From: Pseudovirgaria hyperparasitica
Taxonomy: Eukaryota
Strand: one strand, 5' to 3'
Assembly (NCBI GenBank): GCA_010093815.1
Contig: ML996565.1
DNA length: 64,000 nucleotides
Below the pieces are notes generated by a model. The model was not told the DNA's origin. It saw nothing but the letters and a program-made list of their open reading frames with translations, and ran no database searches. Shown piece by piece: positions 1 through 12,390 of this stretch; the stretch's first letter is position 1; every line of letters starts with the position of its first letter. A program made the position numbers and the translations under genes.

Positions 1-1826
1 TTGCTTTAGCGAAATACGGAGGCCCGTTCAGAGGCCTGAAAGTTAAAAACTCCCAAGAGTATGGCATGATTGGGACGATCATCTTCTCTGACCCAGGCGA
101 TGACGGCAATATTACCGAAGCAAATGGCGAGTACAGTCATCTACAGAATGACCGCATCCTAATCAAGCATTCCAGGTTATGCTCCTTATCCTGACGGACC
201 TGCGAGGAACCCGACTCAAGTGCAGAAAGGCAGCGTCGAGTTTCTTTCCATATACCCAGGTGACCCGACAACTCCAGGTAAGTCTTCATGTCACATGGCT
301 GCAAGTAGCATGAACATTTCCAATGCTGACCAGAAGCCAAGGATATCCATCAAAACACGACTCCCCACGCGCCGATGCCTCTGACGTGCTCCCGCACATC
401 CCATCGCTCCCCATTTCTTATGGAAACGCAATCCCATTCCTCGCCGCCCTCGACGGCCACGGTGTCTCTGGCGAAGAAGTGAATCGTACAAAGTGGATCG
501 GCGCTCTGAACGTCACATACAGTACTGGCCCTGCGCCCGGTGCTGTCATTGACATGCACAACCTAATGGAGGACGCCATCACGCCTATATGGGATGTCAT
601 TGACTTCATCAACGGCACAGATCCTGAGGAGACGATTCTGATTGGCAACCACCGCGACGCGTGGCTCGTGGGTGGTGCCGCGGATCCCAACTCTGGGTCT
701 GCGGTGCTGGTCGAGATGTCCAAGGCTTTCGGAAAGCTTCTGCAAACAGGCTGGAAACCGAGACGAAACATCGTGTTCGCGTCATGGGACGCCGAGGAAT
801 ACGGCATTGTTGGTTCAACCGAATGGTAAAAACCAACCTCCCTATAGGGATATAAAGACAAACGCTAACATATACTTCTCCAGGGTCGAAGAGTTTGTCA
901 ACCCCTGGCTCACCAACACGGCGGTTACATATCTCAACATCGACATCGCGTGCTCCGGCCCACGCTTTGACGTCTCCGCCTCACCCGAACTGCACACTCT
1001 CGTACAAGACACCATGAAGAAAGTCCTCTGGCCGCTCCCGGGCGGCGCACCATCAAACCAAACCCTCTACGACATCTGGACCGCCGAAAGCGGCGAGATT
1101 GGCGTCCTCGGCAGCGGCTCCGACTACACGTCCTTTGTGCACCGCGGCATCGGCGCTGTAGACATGGGCGCTGGAGGCGGCGGCAACGACCCCGTCTACC
1201 CATATCACTCCAAGTAAGCCCGCCCTTCTCCTCTCCCTCTTCAATTCACAATGTGTTCTGACAAGACCGACAGCTACGACACATACCACTGGATGACCAC
1301 CTACGGCGACCCAGGCTACCACGTCCACGCCGCCGTCGGCCAATACGCCTCGCTCCTCCTCTACCACCTCTCCACCGACGCCCTAATCCCCTTCGACATC
1401 ACCGCCTGGGGCACCGAACTCGACACCTACCTCTCCGCCCTCACCAGTACACTCGAATCCACCGGCGCAGCAAACTCCCTCGACACCCTCCCTCTCTCCT
1501 CCGCAATCACATACTTCCAATCCCATATCACAGACATCACGTCTGCATACACAAACGCCCTCGTATCCGACGACGCAGCTCTCATCTCCATCGTGAATGC
1601 CAAACTCAGAGACTTCCAGCGCGGATTCATAAGCCAGGGCGGCTTGCCGGGCAGGGAGTTTTATCAGCATGCGATCTATGCGCCGGGGCTGGATACTGGG
1701 TATGCGCCGGTCACGTTTCCTGGCATTACCGAGGCGGTGGACAAGCGCGATTTCGGGCTTGCGGCGGAGTGGGTCGAGAAGACGGCGCGGGCGATTCGGG
1801 TGGCGGCGGATATCTTGAAGACGTGA
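1..1826 (+). CDS. Glutamate carboxypeptidase II-like M28 peptidase (PA, M28 and transferrin-receptor-like dimerisation domains), 5'-partial, multi-exon
   Basis: Motifs ALAKYGGPFRGLKVK, YPGDPTTPG, IGNHRDAW, GAADPNSGS, SWDAEEYG, YLNIDIA, LGSGSDYTSF and GGLPGREFYQHAIYAPG. Introns at about 127-175 (GC-AG), 278-334, 826-883 and 1214-1273. Confidence 0.93.
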
Positions 1827-2305
1827 GGGAAGAAAGGGTTGATCTGCGGGGGGCTGGTGTTGAGGTGTTGCAGTGAACGGGGGGTGATGTGGTGGATGGA
1901 GTTGAGAGGTGCGTAGGGGCTCGATTTTACGCACGAGGCTGACTGAACATGGCAGTTGACGATGTTACAAAAGAATGCACTTTGTCTGAAGAAAAACTGT
2001 ACACACATATCCACAAGCAGCACGAAGCCAGTACACTAATAAATAACCAACCTCACAAAAGCGAAAGAATCAAATCAGAACCGCTCCCTAAACCAACTTC
2101 TAAGCAATTATACAGGAACAAAACGTGTAAATCTAATCAATATTCCAAATCTCCCATCCCTCTTACCCAGGTCCCGAGGGCGTACTCCGTACCCATTACC
2201 CTCGACCAGAACTCCTCCAATGTCCACCTAGAAGACGTACTGTTAGTAGCACTTCTTCTGCGTCTACGTGAATTTTGCTTATTATACTATGTATAGAGCA
2301 TATGT

Positions 2306-2307
<2 letters not shown>

Positions 2308-2371
<64 letters not shown>
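2308..2371. repeat. (GT)32 microsatellite
   Basis: Perfect GT run read directly from the sequence. Confidence 0.98.
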
Positions 2372-2374
<3 letters not shown>

Positions 2375-2410
2375 GAGACTCTTTCTCGTAAGGGGAATAA
2401 TAAATGATCC

Positions 2411-2445
2411 TAGGTAGGTAGGTAGGTAGGTAGGTAGGTAGGTAG
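2411..2445. repeat. (TAGG)8+ tetranucleotide microsatellite
   Basis: Eight perfect TAGG units plus a partial unit. Confidence 0.97.
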
Positions 2446-2843
2446 ATATGTATAAGCTACGTTTAGGGATTACCTTATCTATGTATATGTATGTGCGTGT
2501 AGTATACAGTGTGGTATACTTATGTAGCACGGGTATATAGTATGGGTTTATAACGTGCAGTGGGCATCATCGGGTAAAGGTATAGGCATTGTAGCGCAAG
2601 CATTACAGCATGTGTATTCAGAGTATACTATATATAAGATATAAGATAGCATATGTATAATATATGATTACCTGTTTATGGATAGATAGATTAGTCAATA
2701 GCTAAAATTAATAGACGATATCAGAGAAACCACAGAACGTAGGAAAACTGGACCAATTTCGAGGTACTAAGTAGATAGATAATCAATTCGACCAGGATAA
2801 ACCACGGACCAGCAAAATAACGCAGCAAAGAACACAGGAAAAG

Positions 2844-2964
2844 CAAAACACACACAACAAAACACACACAACAAAACACACACAACAAAACACACACAAC
2901 AAAACACACACAACAAAACACACACAACAAAACACACACAACAAAACACACACAACAAAACACA
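2844..2964. repeat. 14-bp minisatellite (CAAAACACACACAA) x8.6
   Basis: Eight perfect copies plus a 9-nt partial copy. It generates the spurious Cys/Val-rich ORFs on the minus strand. Confidence 0.96.
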
Positions 2965-3388
2965 TATGAAATCATCAAATTCATAAATTCATTTCTCATC
3001 TAATCCCATCTATCAATGCCTATCCGTGTTATTCATTCGGGACGGGCCCGCATTGCATCAGCCATCGTGTGATATATAACAACTAAACCCCCTAATATCC
3101 AAGTCTCGATTTAAAGCCAAATCCGTAAATAGGAACTGCGATAGTATGTATCGCTTCAGAAGCTATCCAATAGCCCATGTATTCATGTCCAGTGTCGTGG
3201 GGTGGGGGGAGGGGAGAGGGGGGAGCCGGGTATAGTGATGTGTAAAAGGTGCTATGGATGAAAGAAAGAAAAATGCAAAAGCTAAAGCACGACCATATCC
3301 GCATATTTCCTTCGTCGAGGATGCATGCATACTGAAAAAAAAAACCCCCCAGTCTCTGCACGTATGTACCATATGATCTCAGCATAAA

Positions 3389-6229
3389 TCAATTCGGCGC
3401 ACCCGACATACGCGGCTTTCGAACGAACGACTGCCTCGGACTCTTCGGGCTGCGCACACCATCCTGCGGCAGAACCTCCGACGCCGTCCTCTTCATGGGG
3501 ACGCTCTCGTGCTCGGCTTTCAGTGCAGCATTCTTGATTGCATTGGCGATTGTGTTCTGTGTTGTGCCAGTTACACCCGCATAGCGAGCATAATTCTGGC
3601 CTTTGGTGGCTAATGCATTCCGCTCGACAGGTTCAGACTTGACGGGCGTTCCATCTGGCAGGGTGAGCGTGCGAGATGAAGCTCCTTTGCGGAACTGCGC
3701 GAGGGCTTGAGAGGCGGTCTCAGATTCGTCGTCCGAGTCGAGGCTGATGGGATTGAGTGGCGTTCCTGTGCCATTTGCGGGAGTGGGTTGCGGTCGAGAG
3801 GTGGTCTGTGACGGTGTGGTAGGATTATGGGGATAGCCGTTGGGATGTCGGAAGGGGTTGAAGCGGTGCGAGGTTGATGCCACTGAGGGTTTTGATGTGG
3901 TGACTTGATCGTTCGGCTTGGACGTGGGTGTGAGGCGACTCATGGCCGCCGGTCTGTGGGCCATCATGTTTGGAACCATCGGGGCCGCCATCCGAGCCAT
4001 GTGAGCAGGTGGTTGCGGTGCCGCTGGAACGGAGGTATCCTTCATAGTTCCAGAGGGGGGTATTTTATGCGTGTCTAGTGATGACGATCCATTATCCGTA
4101 GGAAGAGTTGAGGCAGTACGTTGAGGCAGTCGAACGGCAAGGGCCCCGCTAGGGATCTCCGGACTGTTTTCCGTCTCAGAGTCAGGAGTGTCCAGTCGAG
4201 CGTATGCTGGTCCAGGCATCTTCTTTTGAGCCGATGGAAGTGCATCTGGCGATTTCTGCAGTGCCATGACGCTTGGTGTGCGTGGCTTTCCCAGATTAGC
4301 CGGCAGTGTTTGGCCTTCTGGCCTCAACGGTACCGCTGGTGTGGATGGGACACCGGTGGACTTGGAGGGTGAAGTGAACGGACTCTGCTCCGCTGTCGTC
4401 TTGTTGGAGGCGACGGCTCGAAATGAAGATAAGCGAGCAGGATTTATTTTCTGTGTTAATGACTTCGAGGCGACCGATACCGGTGTATCATCTGCAGAAA
4501 CAGGTGATTTGGGGCTGGTGCTGTCCGAAGGCGCTGGGGTTAGAAGCGCTCTCTCATCTAGTTTAGGCAGCTTCTGTATGCGAGCAGGATCGGTAAGTCT
4601 AGTATGACTTGCCTCAAGGCTGGTGCGACTTTTGCTTGTGGGGACTGCTGTAGACGGTATGTTCATGGAACGACCACCATGTGTCACAACCGTATGTGGT
4701 GGGACATCTTGAAGCGACGTTTCCTGTACTGCCTGTGTGCGTACTCCCGACGTCCGATTTGTTACATCTTTTGCTCCCGCTCTGCTGGATGGCGTTTTTG
4801 GGGACGTTTGATGAGATGCACGGCTTTTATTCAGCACCGCAGCATTGGGTTTTCCGTCCTTACGCACAGTAGTGCCATCGGTCGCGCCGCTATACTGCTC
4901 CAGATCTTCGATAAACTTCCATACAGTCTTCCATATCTTTCTGTTGGTCGTCAATGCTTGAAATTCTTGACGTATCAGCCGCCTCATGAGAAGAATGTCG
5001 TTCTTCAAGAGATCGATGCTGCGACCATGGTGCTTCGATATGAGACACGCGACAGCAATGATTTCAATTGGCGCGAAGTTCTTCGCGTGCGAATATCCAT
5101 TATTTTGGAAGGTCGAGGGGTATGTATGATTTATGTCTCGGAAGATCTCAAAGACCTTGCGCATATGATTTCTTGTAGGTGGATCTAGCGGCGGCGCATT
5201 CTTGACGAAAGTGCCCAAGGCGCTGTAAGCTCCTCTGAAGACAGGCTGGCCATCTGGACTCGACGAATGATACATCTCAATGATCTGTGCAAAACACGTG
5301 AGAACATGTCTGAAGCCGCCTGATCGGTCTGTTGATGCGAGAGTGACGATGTCAGAGAACTCGGCCTCGAAAGACCTTGCCAGATCCTGCCAAGGACCAT
5401 TTGTCGCTCGGATCTTCTCAGCTGGTGAAAGCGGCACACCCATCTGGACCCTCGCAAAGCACTCCTCCTCCATGGCTCTTGACAGGCTTTCATACTCAAC
5501 GCAAATGAACTCTTTGTTCCGGAAAGTCCTCTTCCAGGAGTCAGGCAGGATGCGTCGGCGAGCAGAAGTGTCGTCGAGACGCTGGCAGTAGTACCAACTT
5601 CGACGGTCCGTGTCATGGCATGGTATCTGACCAGACATGAACAGCGATACCGAAGTCAATCGTTGCTTACCGTCGACACATATACGTCTCACTAGAGGAC
5701 CGTTCGGACCGTCTTCTCTGATTGTGTTGAAGATAATTGGAGGCACATAGTAGTTCTCTATGAGTGAGTCAATGAGACTTGACATGCGTTTGCCTGGCAC
5801 GTGTTAGTTATGGTCCCATGCAAGAGTGGGTAGAGGTATACTCACGGGTCCAAACGACGTCGCGTTGGTAATCTGGATTGAGATCTAGGCAAGTGGTATT
5901 CAGTAGGGCTGCGTGATAAATTAGCATCAGTAAAGTTAAATTAGAAGATCCGGAGACTCACTTATTAGATCTTCCATATTACGCCTCACAATAGACGGTT
6001 CTTGAAGGGCGCAACTCGCCTTGAACTCGTCAGAGTCCAATGGCTCAACATCATCGTCACTCTCAGGATCTTCATCAGCTATTGAAGGTGCTCGGATTGT
6101 TGCATTTGGCTCAGGCTGATGCTGGGTAGGTGTTGCAAGGGAAGTACTCCCATGAGAAGTATGGAGTGAATTTCTAGCGGTCGACAAAGACGGGGCAGAG
6201 GGCCGCAGATTGATTGCCGTAAACGACAT
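3389..6229 (-). CDS. DUF262 (GmrSD N-terminal, ParB/Srx-like) domain protein with long low-complexity Ser/Pro/Thr C-terminal tail
   Basis: Exons about 6229-5962, 5908-5846 and 5793-3389. The spliced product contains LDLNPDYQRDVVW ... SSLIDSLIENYYVPPIIF ... CVDGKQRLTS ... FARVQMGVPLS, matching the DUF262 QR / DGQQR / FxxxN motif set. Confidence 0.85.
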
Positions 6230-7599
6230 TATAGTCAGATGGCACGAGGCAACTCAAGATCTCACACTAGTCAGTGGAGTTGAAGTTGCGCTGCCAGGGT
6301 CGTGTAGGTAGATAAAGTGTTGAGACCAGATGGGAGGGGGGGTGTTTGGCTCTGCGGACAGACGCGCCTTGCCACTGTACTACGCAACACCTGGTCTCCT
6401 CTCCAAGATCCAAACTACAACTAGAAGTGCTCTGCCAAACGTACAGGGATGCAAACAGACTACCAAACGGAGTCTAGCTTGGATATATTATATTTATACG
6501 CTACCAACTATTAAGCTGATATATAAGAATTTTTAGGGTAAGAATTCTACCGTACAAAGGGTGGGAATAACTGGCCCTTATATAGCCATCATGCTAGTCA
6601 CGTGCATGATCTTTTTTCAAAACTTGGCTGCAGAAACTCTTACCATTTTTGGTTTAGTCAGCCACCAAAAAACCTGAAAGTCAGAGAAATTAATGACTCA
6701 TGCCCTCCTTGATCCAATCAAAATAGCTTACAGGTCCATTCTTTGCCACACACTGTCCTGCTAATTTGCGTCATTATATATTACGGCTCTAGAAACTTCT
6801 ACAACGTAATAGTAATATAACATATATCTCATGCTATAACTAATGCCGTTTAGTTAATGTTTTGAAGTAGTATTACCATGAGTAAGTAGTAGAGTGATCT
6901 CTTCTTAATGCGTATCCATTGATGTATTATTAGAGATACACATCCTAAAGCAAGCAAAGCTAAGCAAGCGAGAATGCTTCGATTCCCGAGTTGGACTTTG
7001 AAGCCTGTAGGTCGTCTTATTTAGGTTTAGCTTACATGCCAAGCCAGGCTTGGATTCGTAGACTCATATTTGATATATATTATATATATAGTAAATATAT
7101 AGTATGTAAATACATAAGCATATATTGATATATAATGTGGTTTAAATCCCGGACTGAAGACTATGACTCATACTGTATGGCTCACAATATATGTCTCCAA
7201 ATACATAGTCTCTTAGTATACTGATTGGAAGAGCAAATAGAATCAATAGGCTAAGCCTATTGGAGAGCATTGACTGGCTTACTTGCGAAGGAAGGAGTCC
7301 TGAGTACTCCCTAGCACTGATAAAATGTTTCAAGGTGCTCATCTATTTCTTCTGTATACTGCTCCTAAGTATCATTACCAATAATCAAACTACTCTCATC
7401 ACCACTTTACGAGACAGCCTCCCAGAATGCAACAACAAAGAGCTAGGAACACCGTTATCGAATGAAGTAAGCACAAAGGGGTTCTTCTGACTGAGCAAGG
7501 TGAGGATGAAGATGTTGTAACACAATTTCGATGAGTTGTAATTATCAATTCTTGAATCAACCCTACGTCTGCTTCCCGGTATCATCACCAACTGCCTGA

Positions 7600-8838
7600 C
7601 TACGTTGTCGACTTTCGCGTTTCCAGCTTTCGAGGCCGTCTCGTAGCGCTCTCTGAGCTTGTCTTGCTGCTCAAACTCCTTGTTTCCAACTTCCTCGGCT
7701 TTCGTCTCTCAGGCGCCGACACCGCTGGCGGTTTGTTTTCTTTGTTTTCCGACTGTGGGCTCGACTGCTTGCCCACCTCAGTATTTTGTGATTCAGTCCT
7801 TGATGGCTTCTTTGGCGCCGTCATAGGCCGTTTTTCACCCTGAGAAGTCTTCGTCTCGTCTGTTCTTGTAACACGAGGCGCCTCTTTGGGTTTCGGAGGT
7901 TCCTTCGGTCTGGGCGCTTCCTGTGGTTGCAGTGACTTCGGCTCCGAAGACTGTCCATCGGTGCTAGGCCTTGAAGCCGGAATCGGCAACGTATTTTGCG
8001 AACTCTGAACCTTCTCACCAGTCTGCTGCGATCCCTGAGTAGGACCCCCTCCCCAACCGGGCAACGAAGCTCCTAGTCCCCCCAGCCCCATCGCAGCACC
8101 AGCCTGCTTCATCGATGGCATACTAGGAATAGCTGGCAGACTCGGCACTGACGGCCTCCAACTCGTCATGTCCCTCACCGACTGTGCCCACGTCTGCGGC
8201 ATATCATCCGGTGCCTCGGCCTTCATCCTCTCAAGCTCCTCCTTACTCGGCGCTTGCGTATCCTTGGTCTGCATCACCATCTTCTCCAACGCCCTCTTCT
8301 GTGCTGGCGTCGAGCTCCAGTTCGGAAAGTCACCCACCACGCTCCGTACCCCGTGGCTTGCCAGCTGGCCCAGATCCCACATCGGCCCATGCAGCGCCCC
8401 ATATGCTGCGCCGATACCCCCGCCCAATAGCCCCGTCACCGTTGCAACGAGCCCGCCGACGAGTGCCCCCGTGATTTTGCCCAATGTTACACCTGGCAGA
8501 ACTCCGAGCCCAGCTCCGGCAGCGAGGCCCTGGAAGGCGCCCGATTGTGTATACTTGGCTGCCTTGCCGAAGGACTCGGCTTCAATCTCTTTGTTAATGG
8601 ACTTTGCGAGGATCTCCTCGCGCGCATTGGGGTCGCCGGCGGCGTTGGCGGCCTGTCGTAGTTCCCAGGCTTTCTGCATTGCTTGCAGTGCCATGCTGGC
8701 GGATGCGCCTGAATTCTGCTTAATCTCGCGCTCCGAGATGAGTTGGGCATTTTGTGGTGTCGTATTGCTCATCTTGGACGGAGGTTGAGAATCGGACTTC
8801 GCGGTTGATGGTTTGGCTTGTGCCTGTGGTGATGGCAT
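7600..8838 (-). CDS. Hypothetical protein with glycine-zipper-like hydrophobic segment and basic disordered C-terminus
   Basis: Intronless ORF of up to 443 aa. It has a GLAAGAGLGVLPGVTLGKITGALVGGLVATVTGLLGGGIGAAYGALHG segment. The start is uncertain (8931, 8838 or 8772). Confidence 0.75.
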   Translation of the reverse strand: MPSPQAQAKPSTAKSDSQPPSKMSNTTPQNAQLISEREIKQNSGASASMALQAMQKAWELRQAANAAGDPNAREEILAKSINKEIEAESFGKAAKYTQSGAFQGLAAGAGLGVLPGVTLGKITGALVGGLVATVTGLLGGGIGAAYGALHGPMWDLGQLASHGVRSVVGDFPNWSSTPAQKRALEKMVMQTKDTQAPSKEELERMKAEAPDDMPQTWAQSVRDMTSWRPSVPSLPAIPSMPSMKQAGAAMGLGGLGASLPGWGGGPTQGSQQTGEKVQSSQNTLPIPASRPSTDGQSSEPKSLQPQEAPRPKEPPKPKEAPRVTRTDETKTSQGEKRPMTAPKKPSRTESQNTEVGKQSSPQSENKENKPPAVSAPERRKPRKLETRSLSSKTSSESATRRPRKLETRKSTT

Positions 8839-10704
8839 TTTTGGTCGAATATTACAGAGTATCGTTGTCAAATCGTCGTTCTGACGTTTGGAGGGCAGGG
8901 TTGTTGTACAGGGGCTGCGCGGGTACGTCATTTGGCGAGAAACAGGGATGAAGAAACGTAGGATTCTTGGCGCGGACGAAATCCTGTTTCGGGACGGCGC
9001 ATATTTGGGGCAAAGAACAAGGCTGTATTGAAATAACGAAGGTAAGTTAAGGTTAGTAAAAAATAGTCGAAGGTGTGGTTAAAACTCGACAGAAGAATCA
9101 ACACGTTTCCATCAATCTACCTGTATGTACCAGCCTCGCCAACCCCTGAGCATTTCAGAATAGCGACATCGTTATAAACGCCTTGCTAATGCCAAGAGGT
9201 ACCACCCTCTGTAGAGCAATTCTCGGCTGGACAGATGGCGATATAATCTTGTAGGTAAATGTACAGTCCAATCTACGATAAACTCAGTGATCAGTTCTGT
9301 AGACGACAGAGTGACGCACCACTCCCTCAAACCCGATCATAATGCCGGCCCCCCTTAAGAAGAACTTGCCTCGTCACTGATGAGTTACAAAGGCCATAGT
9401 AGTCTATCATAGCTGTACAAGTCACCTCCCTTTTATACACAGTAACCTAGATTCTACAGAACTATTTGTACACTAGACCATATCTGCCCTATTCTGTCAT
9501 TGGTCCTGGCACTCCTTGCAGATTAAGTTGAATTTATTACCATTCTACTCATCATATCCATCCAGTGTTCGTGTTGTATCTCCCAATGACCGCTTCTTGT
9601 CTCACAAGATATATACCTCTTACCTCTACTGCAACGTCTACATTATGTAACAAACTTTAGAGATCTATAAAATAGGCTAGAAGAGCAATGTCGTATGTTT
9701 TCGAACCTTGAAATTCCAATATCTACTAAGATAGCTTCATCTTCGAGGAAGAGAAGAGGATTTCAATCTCCTGATTCAAACACTACATACACGAGCTACC
9801 TCTCTGAGAGTAGCTCTCTCCAGAGACCCTTCTCTTTTTTCATTAAACTATATTATGATCACCATACGATTCTAGAGCTAGTTATACTTGCAGCGCCTCT
9901 TAAAGAATGCAGCAGTGGCAAGAGAGAAATTCTTCTTCAGGCTCATAGACGGCATGACGATGAGAGATTAGTAGTATTTGTTATCAGTACAGGGATGTCA
10001 TAATTCTAGTGCGACTCCGCAGAGGCTGCTCTGATACTCTCGGTCCCTGGACTGTATCTGGCTATATTTCTATCTCTGCGAAATTTCTGTACTGAAGTGT
10101 CCAACTGAACAGCGGTCGCTGTAGGGACGCTCTTCAGTATACATACGTCATTAGAGATTACTAATACCTCGCGCAACCACGATGCTGTAGAAAATTTCTT
10201 ACACTACTATTGATCGTACTCTTGATGGGCCTAGTATCCATATGTATCATCACTATTCTGGTCACTAACAACGGCTATACTTCCAAGCCAAAGTACAATT
10301 AGTGGTTTAAGCACACACTTAAAGTGCTGAAAGAGATCGATACACTAAGTTTATAGCGGTAGACAACTTGTGAGAATCCCGATTTCTTACACTTTACTTC
10401 ACTTTTTATCTTGTGCCTAACTGTTAAAGCTATTGTTAGCACTTATATCATTTATATAGATCTTGTGCCTCTCTTTACATTGTTTATTTCATGTCATTGG
10501 TTTGATGGCGAAATTGGTGAAGATGTAAAACGGGTTAATGGTTGATGGTGAGGAGTTGGAGGTGTGTGACGTGGTAGTAAGACATCGGAGGTGGAACAAT
10601 ATCGAGACAGATCGATAATTATAGGAATATCAAACACTTCTATAGCAACGCAAACGAGACTTCAAACCTCCCACCACTCGAAACAGGGTATCAAACGGGT
10701 CGCA

Positions 10705-12390
10705 TCACTGCCGCACCGACCTCCCAATCTGCCAAATCACATTACACTGCCCCTGCGTCACCGAACTCACCGTCTCCATCCCCGTATTCGAATTCTGAAA
10801 CAGCACTCTAGTCCCATAATTCCCGCTCCCACCCGTTCCATACGCCGCCCAGCGCGGTCGACCTGGGGGCATGTACGTGTTCGGGTCATAGCTACGAATC
10901 ATGCTGGCCCAGTAATTCTGAATATCCGTGCCGGCCTGCGTGCTGTGGCCGTCCGTGGCGAATATGTCGCCCATTTCGGCGACATGTGTCGCGGCGCCGA
11001 CGTCCCAGCGGTACACCCAGGTCTTTGCGTTTGCGGGCTGGGTGTTGGGGTAGTCGGCATACACGAACCCGCGGGCGAAAGAGAGCGCGGGACAGATATA
11101 TTTGAAACGGCCGAGCATGTCGGCCGCGTACTGCGTGTATGTCCCGTCGGAGCCGGGTCCGGAGAAGACGGTGTGGAGGTTGTTTATGTCGGAGTCTGTG
11201 ATCTTGGGGAACTGGGCTTTGATGAAGTCGTCTGCGTTTTTTTGGGTCTGTTGGGGCCTTAAGCCTGCATTAACAAAGCTGTTTCCTTCATTAGACGTGC
11301 TTCCGAAGATTGCTGGCACGCGCACAAAGTGTTTGGCGTCGAGTTCCCCGTAGGTATAGTTTGCAATTATCCTGTTGTCAATGGAGGGACCCCAGAAATA
11401 TATTGGTGCTTGATTCGTGCCAGGAAATGCGGTGGGGACGGTTTTGGCTTGTTGTTGAAAATATGTCACATTCTGCCTACGTAGACAGTCGAGAGTGGAC
11501 GGGGTTCCAGAGCATTTGGTAGCTACGACGAGGCGGTCATATTGAAATTGGGCTTCAGAAATCGTCAACAGTGGTGGTAGCGATGGTGCTTGAGACGCAA
11601 TAGCGTGGAAGAGGTTGTCGTTACGACCACCGTATGCTGTCAGATGGATGGCGACTGAACCTGCTTGCTGTCAGATAGATGGTCACCGAACTGCTAGACA
11701 GATGGTACTGGACCTGCTCCCGCACTGGCACCATCAAGGAATACGTGGCCTGGATTGCCGCCAAACTGCGCAATGTTCTTTTGAACCCACTGGAGAAGCT
11801 TCCTCTGATCAAGGATACCAGCGTTTGTGGCGGCTGTATTGCTGTTGTAGATCTCGGATGAGGCCAGGAAACCATATACTCCCACACGATAATTAAACTG
11901 GACCACTACAATGTTGTTTTGAGCAGCTCGCATCAGACCAGTCGCGTTTCTGTTTCCGTCACCGTTGTCGTTGAACCCTCCGCCCTGGATATAGACATGT
12001 ACAGGGAGCTTGCTAGTTGTCGTCGCAGCTGTAGGTGCCCAGACATGAACGTATAGGCAGTCTTCAGCGTCTTGAGTGTTAACATTATCACCCACTCCGA
12101 TACAGGCTGTGCGTTTGGTCTGCAGATGATTAAACACCACTGACCTACGAAAGCTGAGAATTAGCACCTACCGATATGGCATCCTGCGTACCGCTTGTAG
12201 TCGGTGGATCCTGCGGCGCTGCAAATCTAAGAGCTCCAAGGGGCGGTGCAGCATATCGCATGCCAAACCATGTCGAAATGCCGTTTGCTTGAACCTGACC
12301 TTGGTATTTGCTATATCCCAAGTCTACAACAGTCTGAACTGCGAGACTTGGCCCAGCGAGGAGGGTGAATATAGTTGCAAGAGTAAACAT
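10705..12390 (-). CDS. Secreted type-B carboxylesterase/lipase
   Basis: Signal peptide MFTLATIFTLLAG, then VDLGYSKYQG, YAAPPLGALRF, EDCLYVHV, IQGGGF, NYRVG, the nucleophile motif GASAG, TSNEG (Glu) and ATHVAE (His). Introns 12171-12120 and 11713-11661. Confidence 0.92.

Noticed and set aside
2844..2964. Repeat array as a CRISPR
   Set aside because: There are no spacers, the context is eukaryotic, and no cas genes are present.
2721..2999. Cys/Val-rich ORFs in all three minus frames
   Set aside because: These are translations of the 14-bp minisatellite, not a gene.
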